NCBI GenBank assembly: GCA_964016885.1
Contig: OZ024762.1
Location: 29,884,001-29,948,000, forward strand
Length of the DNA stretch: 64,000 nt
Origin: Eledone cirrhosa
Lineage: Eukaryota
Direction: 5' to 3'
Shown: piece by piece, positions 14,001 to 27,100 of the stretch
How the letters are laid out: the number at the start of each line of letters is the position of its first letter
How positions within the stretch are numbered: the stretch's first letter is position 1
Position numbers and translations under genes: made by a program
The notes under the pieces: generated by a model
Told to the model about the DNA's origin: nothing
Seen by the model: the letters and a program-made list of their open reading frames with translations, nothing else
Databases searched by the model: none

Positions 14001-15217
14001 TCCTAACACCAACCACATTTACAGTGTGGAACTGGGAGGTTTTTACCGTGTTGCCTACACGGCCACATTACAGCGTGGACTGTCTGGCGGGTTTTCTACG
14101 GCTGGATGCTATTCCTAACACCAACCACATTTACATTTTGGACTGGGAGATTTTTACCGTGTTGCCTACACGGCCACATTACAGCGTGGACTGACTGGCG
14201 GGTTTTCTACAGCTGGATGCTCTTCCTAACACCAACCACATTTACAGTGTGCACTGGGAGATTTTTACCGTGTTGCCTACACGGCCACATTACAGCGTGG
14301 ACTGTCTGGCGGGTTTTCTACGGCTGGATGCCCTTCCTAACACCAACCACATTTAGTGTGGGGTTGCGAAGTTTTTACTGTGTTGCCTACACGGCCACAT
14401 TACAGCGTGGACTGCCTGGCGGGTTTTCTACGGCTGGATGCCCTTCCTAACACCAACCACATTTACAGTGTGGGGATGGGAGGTTTTTACCGTGTTGCCT
14501 ACACAGCCACATTACAGCGTGGACTGTCTGGCGTGTTTTCTACAGCTGGATGCCCTTCCTAACACCAACCACATTTACAGTGTGGACTGGGAGATTTTTA
14601 TCGTGTTGCCTACACGGCCACATTACAGCGTGGACTGCCTGGCGGGTTTTCTACGGCTGGATGTCCTTCCTAACACCAACCACATTTACAGTGTGGGGCT
14701 GGGAGGTTTTTACTGTGTTGCCTACGCAGCCACATTACAGCGTGGACTGTCTGGCGGGTTTTCTACAGCTGGATGCCCTTCCTAACACCAACTAGGCTTA
14801 CAGTGTGGAACTGGGAGGTTTTTACCGTGTTGCCTACACGGCCACATTACAGCGTGGACTGTCTGGCGGGTTTTCTACAGCTGGATGCCCTTCCTAACAC
14901 CAACCACATTTACATTGTGGACTGGGAGATTTTTACCGTGTTGCCTACACGGCCACATTACAGCGTGGACTGTCTGGCGGGTTTTCTACGGCTGGATGCC
15001 CTTCCTAACACCAACCACATTTACAGTGTGGACTGGGAGGTTTTTACCGTGTTGCCTACACGGCCACATTACAGCGTGGACTGTCTGGCGGGTTTTCTAC
15101 GGCTGGATGCCCTTCCTAACACCAACCACATTTACAGTGTGGACTGGGAGGTTTTTACCGTGTTGCCTACAAGGCCACATTACAGCGTGGCCTGTCTGGC
15201 GGGTTTTCTACGGCTGG
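8098..15217. repeat. Near-identical tandem duplication of a 3560-bp (32-monomer) block
   Basis: ORFs are offset by 3560 (8210/11770, 9209/12769, 9767/13327, 10546/14106, 10990/14550). Private variants (CCACTTTTAC, GATGACCTT, GTGCACTGG, ACTAGGCTT) recur at this offset. Boundaries are approximate. Confidence 0.9.
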
Positions 15218-16099
15218 ATGCCCTTCCTAACACCAACCACATTTACATTGTGGACAGGGAGATTTTTACCGTGTTGCCTACACGGCCACATTACAGCGTG
15301 GACTGTCTGGCGGGTTTTCTACAGCTGGATGCCCTTCCTAACACCAACCACATTTACAGTGTGGACTGGGAGATTTTTACCGTGTTGCCTACACGGCCAC
15401 ATTACAGCGTGGACTGTCTGGCGGGTTTTCTACGGCTGGATGCCCTTCCTAACACCAACCACATTTACAGTGTGGACTGGGAGGTTTTTACCGGGTTGCC
15501 TACACGGCCACATTACAGCGTGGACTGTCTGGCGGGTTATCTACGGCTGGATGCCCTTCCTAACACCAACCACATTTACAGTGTGGACTGGGAGGTTTTT
15601 ACCGTGTTGCCTACACGGCCACATTACAGCGTGGACTGTCTGGCGGGTTTTCTACAGCTGGATGCCCTTCCTAACACCAACTACGTTTACAGTGTGGAAC
15701 TGGGAGGTTTTTCCCGTGTTGCCTACACGGCCACATTACAGCGTGGACTGTCTGGCGGGTTTTCTACAGCTGGATGCTCTTCCTAACACCAACCACATTT
15801 AGTGTGGGGTTGCGAAGTTTTTACTGTGTTGCCTACACGGCCACATTACAGCGTGGACTGTCTGGCGGGTTTTTTACGGCTGGATGCCCTTCCTAACACC
15901 AACCACATTTACAGTGTGGGGATGGGAGGTTTTTAACGTGTTGCCTACACAGCCACATTACAGCGTGGACTGTCTGGCGTGTTTTCTACAGCTGGATGCC
16001 CTTCCTAACACCAACCACATTTACAGTGTGGACTGGGAGACTTTTATCGTGTTGCCTACACGGCCACATTACAGCGTGGACTGTCTGGCGGGTTTTCTA

Positions 16100-19000
16100 C
16101 GGCTGGATGCCCTTCCTAACACCAACCACATTTACAGTGTGGACTGGGAGGTTTTTACCGTGTTGCCTACACGGCCACATTACAGCGTGGACTGTCTGGC
16201 GGGTTATCTACGGCTGGATGCCCTTCCTAACACCAACCACATTTACAGTGTGGACTGGGAGGTTTTTACCGTGTTGCCTACACGGCCACATTACAGCGTG
16301 GACTGTCTGGCGGGATTTCTACGGCTGGATGCCCTTCCTAACACCAACCACATTTACATTGTGGACTGGGAGATTTTTACCGTGTTGCCTACACGGCCAC
16401 ATTACAGCGTGGACTGACTGGCGGGTTTTCTACAGCTGGATGCTCTTCCTAACACCAACCACATTTACAGTGTGGACTGGGAGATTTTTACCGTGTTGCC
16501 TACACGGCCACATTACATCGTGGACTGTCTGGCGGGTTTTCTACGGCTGGATGTCCTTCCTAACACCAACCACATTTACAGTGTGGGGCTGGGAGGTTTT
16601 TACTGTGTTGCCTACACAGCCACATTACAGCGTGGACTGTCTGGCGGGTTTTCTACAGCTGGATGCCCTTCCTAACACCAACTACATTTACAGTGCGGAA
16701 CTGGGAGGTTTTTACCGTGTTGCCTACACGGCCACATTACAGCGTGGACTGTCTGGCGGGTTTTCTACGGCTGGATGCCCTTCCTAACACCAACCACATT
16801 TACAGTGTGGGCTGGGAGGTTTTTACCGTGTTGCCTACACGGCCACATTACAGTGTGGACTGTCTGGCGGGTTTTCTACAGCTGGATTCCCTTCCTAACA
16901 CCAACTACGCTTACAGTGTGGAACTGGGAGGTTTTTACCGTGTTGCCTACACGGCCACATTACAGCGTGGACTGTCTGGCGGGTTTTCTACAGCTGGATG
17001 CCCTTCCTAACACCAACCACATTTACAGTGTGGACTGGGAGATTTTTACCGTGTTGCCTACACGGCCACATTACAGCGTGGACTGTCTGGCGGGTTTTCT
17101 ACGGCTGGATGCCCTTCCTAACACCAACCACATTTACAGTGTGGACTGGGAGGTTTTTACCGTGTTGCCTACACGGCCACATTACAGCGTGGACTGTCTG
17201 GCGGGTTTTCTACGGCTGGATGCCCTTCCTAACACCAACCACATTTACATTGTGGACTGGGAGATTTTTACCGTGTTGCCTACACGGCCACATTACAGCG
17301 TGGACTGTCTGGCGGGTTTTCTACAGCTGGATGCCCTTCCTAACACCAACCACATTTAGTGTGGACTGGGAGATTTTTACCGTGTTGCCTACACGGCCAC
17401 ATTACAGCGTGGACTGTCTGGCGGGTTTTCTACAGCTGGATGCCCTTCCTAACACCAACCACATTTACAGTGTGGACTGGGAGATTTTTACCGTGTTGCC
17501 TACACGGCCACATTACAGCGTGGACAGTCTGGCGGGTTTTCTACGGCTGGATGCCCTTCCTAACACCAACCACATTTACAGTGTGGACTGGGAGGTTTTT
17601 ACCGTGTTGCCTACACGGCCACATTACAGCGTGGACTGTCTGGCGGGTTATCTACGGCTGGATGCCCTTCCTAACACCAACCACATTTACAGTGTGGAAC
17701 TGGGAGGTTTTTACCGTGTTGCCTACACGGCCACATTACAACGTGGACTGTCTGGCGGGTTTTCTACGGCTGGATGCTATTACTAACACCAACCACATTT
17801 ACATTTTGGACTGGGAGATTTTTACCGTGTTGCCTACACGGCCACATTACAGCGTGGACTGACTGGCGGGTTTTCTACAGCTGGATGCTCTTCCTAACAC
17901 CAACCACATTTACAGTGTGGACTGGGAGATTTTTACCGTGTTGCCTACACGGCCACATTACAGCGTGGACTGTCTGGCGGGTTTTCTACGGCTGGATGCC
18001 CTTCCTAACACCAACCACATTTACATTGTGGACAGGGAGATTTTTACCGTGTTGCCTACACGGCCACATTACAGCGTGGACTGTCTGGCGGGTTTTCTAC
18101 AGCTGGATGCCCTTCCTAACACCAACCACATTTACAGTGTGGACTGGGAGATTTTTACCGTGTTGCCTACACGGCCACATTACAGCGTGGACTGTCTGGC
18201 GGGTTTTCTACGGCTGGATGCCCTTCCTAACACCAACCACATTTACAGTGTGGACTGGGAGGTTTTTACCGGGTTGCCTACACGGCCACATTACAGCGTG
18301 GACTGTCTGGCGGGTTATCTACGGCTGGATGCCCTTCCTAACACCAACCACATTTACAGTGTGGACTGGGAGGTTTTTACCGTGTTGCCTACACGGCCAC
18401 ATTACAGCGTGGACTGTCTGGCGGGTTTTCTACAGCTGGATGCCCTTCCTAACACCAACTACGTTTACAGTGTGGAACTGGGAGGTTTTTCCCGTGTTGC
18501 CTACACGGCCACATTACAGCGTGGACTGTCTGGCGGGTTTTCTACAGCTGGATGCTCTTCCTAACACCAACCACATTTAGTGTGGGGTTGCGAAGTTTTT
18601 ACTGTGTTGCCTACACGGCCACATTACAGCGTGGACTGTCTGGCGGGTTTTTTACGGCTGGATGCCCTTCCTAACACCAACCACATTTACAGTGTGGGGA
18701 TGGGAGGTTTTTAACGTGTTGCCTACACAGCCACATTACAGCGTGGACTGTCTGGCGTGTTTTCTACAGCTGGATGCCCTTCCTAACACCAACCACATTT
18801 ACAGTGTGGACTGGGAGACTTTTATCGTGTTGCCTACACGGCCACATTACAGCGTGGACTGACTGGCGGGTTTTCTACAGCTGGATGCTCTTCCTAACAC
18901 CAACCACATTTACAGTGTGGACTGGGAGATTTTTACCGTGTTGCCTACATGGCCACATTACAGCGTGGACTGTCTGGCGGGTTTTCTACGGCTGGATGTC

Positions 19001-21330
19001 CTTCCTAACACCAACCACATTTACAGTGTGGGGCTGGGAGGTTTTTACTGTGTTGCCTACGCAGCCACATTACAGCTTGGACTGTCTGGCGGGTTTTCTA
19101 CAGCTGGATGCCCTTCCTAACACCAACTACGCTTACAGTGTGGAACTGGGAGGTTTTTACCGTGTTGCCTACACGGCCACATTACAGCGTGGACTGTCTG
19201 GCGGGTTTTCTACAGCTGGATGCCCTTCCTAACACCAACCACATTTACATTGTGGACTGGGAGATTTTTACCGTGTTGCCTACACGGCCACATTACAGCG
19301 TGGACTGTCTGGCGGGTTTTCTACGGCTGGATGCCCTTCCTAACACCAACCACATTTACAGTGTGGACTGGGAGGTTTTTACCGTGTTGCCTACACGGCC
19401 ACATTACAGCGTTGACTGTCTGGCGGGTTTTCTACGGCTGGATGCCCTTCCTAACACCAACCACATTTACAGTGTGGACTGGGAGGTTTTTACCGTGTTG
19501 CCTACACGGCCACATTACAGCGTGGACTGTCTGGCGGGTTATCTACGGCTGGATGCCCTTCCTAACACCAACCACATTTACAGTGTGGACTGGGAGGTTT
19601 TTACCGTGTTGCCTACACGGCCACATTACAGCGTGGACTGTCTGGCGGGATTTCTACGGCTGGATGCCCTTCCTAACACCAACCACATTTACATTGTGGA
19701 CTGGGAGATTTTTACCGTGTTGCCTACACGGCCACATTACAGCGTGGACTGACTGGCGGGTTTTCTACAGCTGGATGCTCTTCCTAACACCAACCACATT
19801 TACAGTGTGGACTGGGAGATTTTTACCGTGTTGCCTACACGGCCACATTACATCGTGGACTGTCTGGCGGGTTTTCTACGGCTGGATGTCCTTCCTAACA
19901 CCAACCACATTTACAGTGTGGGGCTGGGAGGTTTTTACTGTGTTGCCTACACAGCCACATTACAGCGTGGACTGTCTGGCGGGTTTTCTACAGCTGGATG
20001 CCCTTCCTAACACCAACTACATTTACAGTGCGGAACTGGGAGGTTTTTACCGTGTTGCCTACACGGCCACATTACAGCGTGGACTGTCTGGCGGGTTTTC
20101 TACGGCTGGATGCCCTTCCTAACACCAACCACATTTACAGTGTGGGCTGGGAGGTTTTTACCGTGTTGCCTACACGGCCACATTACAGTGTGGACTGTCT
20201 GGCGGGTTTTCTACAGCTGGATTCCCTTCCTAACACCAACTACGCTTACAGTGTGGAACTGGGAGGTTTTTACCGTGTTGCCTACACGGCCACATTACAG
20301 CGTGGACTGTCTGGCGGGTTTTCTACAGCTGGATGCCCTTCCTAACACCAACCACATTTACAGTGTGGACTGGGAGATTTTTACCGTGTTGCCTACACGG
20401 CCACATTACAGCGTGGACTGTCTGGCGGGTTTTCTACGGCTGGATGCCCTTCCTAACACCAACCACATTTACAGTGTGGACTGGGAGGTTTTTACCGTGT
20501 TGCCTACACGGCCACATTACAGCGTGGACTGTCTGGCGGGTTTTCTACGGCTGGATGCCCTTCCTAACACCAACCACATTTACATTGTGGACTGGGAGAT
20601 TTTTACCGTGTTGCCTACACGGCCACATTACAGCGTGGACTGTCTGGCGGGTTTTCTACAGCTGGATGCCCTTCCTAACACCAACCACATTTAGTGTGGA
20701 CTGGGAGATTTTTACCGTGTTGCCTACACGGCCACATTACAGCGTGGACTGTCTGGCGGGTTTTCTACAGCTGGATGCCCTTCCTAACACCAACCACATT
20801 TACAGTGTGGACTGGGAGATTTTTACCGTGTTGCCTACACGGCCACATTACAGCGTGGACAGTCTGGCGGGTTTTCTACGGCTGGATGCCCTTCCTAACA
20901 CCAACCACATTTACAGTGTGGACTGGGAGGTTTTTACCGTGTTGCCTACACGGCCACATTACAGCGTGGACTGTCTGGCGGGTTATCTACGGCTGGATGC
21001 CCTTCCTAACACCAACCACATTTACAGTGTGGAACTGGGAGGTTTTTACCGTGTTGCCTACACGGCCACATTACAACGTGGACTGTCTGGCGGGTTTTCT
21101 ACGGCTGGATGCTATTACTAACACCAACCACATTTACATTTTGGACTGGGAGATTTTTACCGTGTTGCCTACACGGCCACATTACAGCGTGGACTGACTG
21201 GCGGGTTTTCTACAGCTGGATGCTCTTCCTAACACCAACCACATTTACAGTGTGGACTGGGAGATTTTTACCGTGTTGCCTACACGGCCACATTACAGCG
21301 TGGACTGTCTGGCGGGTTTTCTACGGCTGG
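16100..21330. repeat. ~1.9-kb block repeated at a 3335-bp (30-monomer) offset
   Basis: ORFs 16472/19807, 16663/19998, 16775/20110, 16998/20333 and 17359/20694 match. Shared private variants are TACATCGTGG, GGATTCCC and GCTATTACT. Boundaries are approximate. Confidence 0.85.
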
Positions 21331-21699
21331 ATGCCCTTCCTAACACCAACCACATTTAGTGTGGGGTTGCGAGGTTTTTACTGTGTTGCCTACACGGCCA
21401 CATTACAGCGTGGACTGTCTGGCGGGTTTTCTACGGCTGGATGCCCTTCCTAACACCAACCACATTTACAGTGTGGGCTGGGAGATTTTTACCGTGTTGC
21501 CTACACGGCCACATTACAGCGTGGACTGTCTGGCGGGTTTTCTACAGCTGGATGCCCTTCCTAACACCTACCACATTTACAGTGTGGACTGGGAGATTTT
21601 TACCGTGTTGCCTACACGGCCACATTACAGCGTGGACTGTCTGGCGGGTTTTCTACGGCTGGATGCCCTTCCTAACACCAACCACATTTACAGTGTGGA

Positions 21700-24600
21700 C
21701 TGGGAGGTTTTTACCGCGTTGCCTACACGGCCACATTACAGCGTGGACTGTCTGGCGGGTTATCTACGGCTGGATGCCCTTCCTAACACCAACCATATTT
21801 ACAGTGTGGACTGGGAGGTTTTTACCGTGTTGCCTACACGGCCACATTAGAGCGTGGACTGTCTGGCGGGTTTTCTACAGCTGGATGCCCTTCCTAACAC
21901 CAACTACGCTTACAGTGTGGAACTGGGAGGTTTTTACCGTGTTGCCTACACGGCCACATTACAGCGTGGACTGTCTGGCGGGTTTTCTACAGCTGGATGC
22001 CCTTCCTAACACCAACCACATTTACAGTGTGGACTGGGAGGTTTTTACCGTGTTGCCTACACGGCCACATTACAGCGTTGACTGTCTGGCGGGTTTTCTA
22101 CGGCTGGATGCCCTTCCTAACACCAACCACATTTACAGTGTGGACTGAGAGGTTTTTACCGTGTTGCCTACACGGCCACATTACAGCGTGGACTGTCTGG
22201 CGGGTTATCTACGGCTGGATGCCCTTCCTAACACCAACCACATTTACAGTGTGGACTGGGAGGTTTTTACCGTGTTGCCTACACGGCCACATTACAGCGT
22301 GGACTGTCTGGCGGGATTTCTACGGCTGGATGCCCTTCCTAACACCAACCACATTTACATTGTGGACTGGGAGATTTTTACCGTGTTGCCTACACGGCCA
22401 CATTACAGCGTGGACTGACTGGCGGGTTTTCTACAGCTGGATGCTCTTCCTAACACCAACCACATTTACAGTGTGGACTGGGAGATTTTTACCGTGTTGC
22501 CTACACGGCCACATTACAGCGTGGACTGTCTGGCGGGTTTTCTACGGCTGCATGTCCTTCCTAACACCAACCACATTTACAGTGTGGGGCTGGGAGGTTT
22601 TTACTGTGTTGCCTACACAGCCACATTACAGCGTGGACTGTCTGGCGGGTTTTCTACAGCTGGATGCCCTTCCTAACACCAACTACATTTACAGTGCGGA
22701 ACTGGGAGGTTTTTACCGTGTTGCCTACACGGCCACATTACAGCGTGGACTGTCTGGCGGGTTTTCTACGGCTGGATGCCCTTCCTAACACCAACCACAT
22801 TTACAGTGTGGGCTGGGAGGTTTTTACCGTGTTGCCTACACGGCCACATTACAGTGTGGACTGTCTGGCGGGTTTTCTACAGCTGGATGCCCTTCCTAAC
22901 ACCAACTACGCTTACAGTGTGGAACTGGGAGGTTTTTACCGTGTTGCCTACACGGCCACATTACAGCGTGGACTGTCTGGCGGGTTTTCTACAGCTGGAT
23001 GCCCTTCCTAACACCAACCACATTTACAGTGTGGACTGGGAGATTTTTACCGTGTTGCCTACACGGCCACATTACAGCGTGGACTGTCTGGCGGGTTTTC
23101 TACGGCTGGATGCCCTTCCTAACACCAACCACATTTACAGTGTGGACTGGGAGGTTTTTACCGTGTTGCCTACACGGCCACATTACAGCGTGGACTGTCT
23201 GGCGGGTTTTCTACGGCTGGATGCCCTTCCTAACACCAACCACATTTACAGTGTGGACTGGGAGGTTTTTACCGTGTTGCCTACAAGGCCACATTACAGC
23301 GTGGACTGTCTGGCGGGTTTTCTACGGCTGGATGCCCTTCCTAACACCAACCACATTTACAGTGTGGACTGGGAGGTTTTTACCGCGTTGCCTACACGGC
23401 CACATTACAGCGTGGACTGTCTGGCGGGTTATCTACGGCTGGATGCCCTTCCTAACACCAACCATATTTACAGTGTGGACTGGGAGGTTTTTACCGTGTT
23501 GCCTACACGGCCACATTAGAGCGTGGACTGTCTGGCGGGTTTTCTACAGCTGGATGCCCTTCCTAACACCAACTACGCTTACAGTGTGGAACTGGGAGGT
23601 TTTTACCGTGTTGCCTACACGGCCACATTACAGCGTGGACTGTCTGGCGGGTTTTCTACAGCTGGATGCCCTTCCTAACACCAACCACATTTACAGTGTG
23701 GACTGGGAGGTTTTTACCGTGTTGCCTACACGGCCACATTACAGCGTTGACTGTCTGGCGGGTTTTCTACGGCTGGATGCCCTTCCTAACACCAACCACA
23801 TTTACAGTGTGGACTGAGAGGTTTTTACCGTGTTGCCTACACGGCCACATTACAGCGTGGACTGTCTGGCGGGTTATCTACGGCTGGATGCCCTTCCTAA
23901 CACCAACCACATTTACAGTGTGGACTGGGAGGTTTTTACCGTGTTGCCTACACGGCCACATTACAGCGTGGACTGTCTGGCGGGATTTCTACGGCTGGAT
24001 GCCCTTCCTAACACCAACCACATTTACATTGTGGACTGGGAGATTTTTACCGTGTTGCCTACACGGCCACATTACAGCGTGGACTGACTGGCGGGTTTTC
24101 TACAGCTGGATGCTCTTCCTAACACCAACCACATTTACAGTGTGGACTGGGAGATTTTTACCGTGTTGCCTACACGGCCACATTACAGCGTGGACTGTCT
24201 GGCGGGTTTTCTACGGCTGCATGTCCTTCCTAACACCAACCACATTTACAGTGTGGGGCTGGGAGGTTTTTACTGTGTTGCCTACACAGCCACATTACAG
24301 CGTGGACTGTCTGGCGGGTTTTCTACAGCTGGATGCCCTTCCTAACACCAACTACATTTACAGTGCGGAACTGGGAGGTTTTTACCGTGTTGCCTACACG
24401 GCCACATTACAGCGTGGACTGTCTGGCGGGTTTTCTACGGCTGGATGCCCTTCCTAACACCAACCACATTTACAGTGTGGGCTGGGAGGTTTTTACCGTG
24501 TTGCCTACACGGCCACATTACAGTGTGGACTGTCTGGCGGGTTTTCTACAGCTGGATGCCCTTCCTAACACCAACTACGCTTACAGTGTGGAACTGGGAG

Positions 24601-27100
24601 GTTTTTACCGTGTTGCCTACACGGCCACATTACAGCGTGGACTGTCTGGCGGGTTTTCTACAGCTGGATGCCCTTCCTAACACCAACCACATTTACAGTG
24701 TGGACTGGGAGATTTTTACCGTGTTGCCTACACGGCCACATTACAGCGTGGACTGTCTGGCGGGTTTTCTACGGCTGGATGCCCTTCCTAACACCAACCA
24801 CATTTACAGTGTGGACTGGGAGGTTTTTACCGTGTTGCCTACACGGCCACATTACAGCGTGGACTGTCTGGCGGGTTTTCTACGGCTGGATGCCCTTCCT
24901 AACACCAACCACATTTACAGTGTGGACTGGGAGGTTTTTACCGTGTTGCCTACAAGGCCACATTACAGCGTGGACTGTCTGGCGGGTTTTCTACGGCTGG
25001 ATGCCCTTCCTAACACCAACCACATTTACATTGTGGACTGGGAGATTTTTACCGTGTTGCCTACACGGCCACATTACAGCGTGGACTGTCTGGCGGGTTT
25101 TCTACAGCTGGATGCCCTTCCTAACACCAACCACATTTACAGTGTGGACTGGGAGATTTTTACCGTGTTGCCTACACGGCCACATTACAGCGTGGACTGT
25201 CTGGCGGGTTTTCTACAGCTGGATGCCCTTCCTAACACCAACCACATTTACAGTGTGGACTGGGAGGTTTTTACCGTGTTGCCTACACGGCCACATTAGA
25301 GCGTGGACTGTCTGGCGGGTTTTCTACAGCTGGATGCCCTTCCTAACACCAACTACGCTTACAGTGTGGAACTGGGAGGTTTTTACCGTGTTGCCTACAC
25401 GGCCACATTACAGCGTGGACTGTCTGGCGGGTTTTCTACAGCTGGATGCCCTTCCTAACACCAACCACATTTACATTGTGGACTGGGAGATTTTTACCGT
25501 GTTGCCTACACGGCCACATTACAGCGTGGACTGTCTGGCGGGTTTTCTACGGCTGGATGCCCTTCCTAACACCAACCACATTTACAGTGTGGACTGGGAG
25601 GTTTTTACCGTGTTGCCTACACGGCCACATTACAGCGTTGACTGTCTGGCGGGTTTTCTACGGCTGGATGCCCTTCCTAACACCAACCACATTTACAGTG
25701 TGGACTGAGAGGTTTTTACCGTGTTGCCTACACGGCCACATTACAGCGTGGACTGTCTGGCGGGTTATCTACGGCTGGATGCCCTTCCTAACACCAACCA
25801 CATTTACAGTGTGGACTGGGAGGTTTTTACCGTGTTGCCTACACGGCCACATTACAGCGTGGACTGTCTGGCGGGATTTCTACGGCTGGATGCCCTTCCT
25901 AACACCAACCACATTTACATTGTGGACTGGGAGATTTTTACCGTGTTGCCTACACGGCCACATTACAGCGTGGACTGACTGGCGGGTTTTCTACAGCTGG
26001 ATGCTCTTCCTAACACCAACCACATTTACAGTGTGGACTGGGAGATTTTTACCGTGTTGCCTACACGGCCACATTACAGCGTGGACTGTCTGGCGGGTTT
26101 TCTACGGATGGATGTCCTTCCTAACACCAACCACATTTACAGTGTGGGGCTGGGAGGTTTTTACTGTGTTGCCTACACAGCCACATTACAGCGTGGACTG
26201 TCTGGCGGGTTTTCTACAGCTGGATGCCCTTCCTAACACCAACTACATTTACAGTGCGGAACTGGGAGGTTTTTACCGTGTTGCCTACACGGCCACATTA
26301 CAGCGTGGACTGTCTGGCGGGTTTTCTACGGCTGGATGCCCTTCCTAACACCAACCACATTTACAGTGTGGGCTGGGAGGTTTTTACCGTGTTGCCTACA
26401 CGGCCACATTACAGTGTGGACTGTCTGGCGGGTTTTCTACAGCTGGATGCCCTTCCTAACACCAACTACGCTTACAGTGTGGAACTGGGAGGTTTTTACC
26501 GTGTTGCCTACACGGCCACATTACAGCGTGGACTGTCTGGCGGGTTTTCTACAGCTGGATGCCCTTCCTAACACCAACCACATTTACAGTGTGGACTGGG
26601 AGATTTTTACCGTGTTGCCTACACGGCCACATTACAGCGTGGACTGTCTGGCGGGTTTTCTACGGCTGGATGCCCTTCCTAACACCAACCACATTTACAG
26701 TGTGGACTGGGAGGTTTTTACCGTGTTGCCTACACGGCCACATTACAGCGTGGACTGTCTGGCGGGTTTTCTACGGCTGGATGCCCTTCCTAACACCAAC
26801 CACATTTACAGTGTGGACTGGGAGGTTTTTACCGTGTTGCCTACAAGGCCACATTACAGCGTGGACTGTCTGGCGGGTTTTCTACGGCTGGATGCCCTTC
26901 CTAACACCAACCACATTTACATTGTGGACTGGGAGATTTTTACCGTGTTGCCTACACGGCCACATTACAGCGTGGACTGTCTGGCGGGTTTTCTACAGCT
27001 GGATGCCCTTCCTAACACCAACCACATTTACAGTGTGGACTGGGAGATTTTTACCGTGTTGCCTACACGGCCACATTACAGCGTGGACTGTCTGGCTGGT
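21700..27100. repeat. Three related blocks at 1669-bp (15-mer) and 1891-bp (17-mer) offsets
   Basis: ORFs 22161/23830/25721, 22473/24142/26033 and 22664/24333/26224 match. Marker variants GACTGAGAGG and CATTAGAGCG recur. Boundaries are approximate. Confidence 0.85.
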
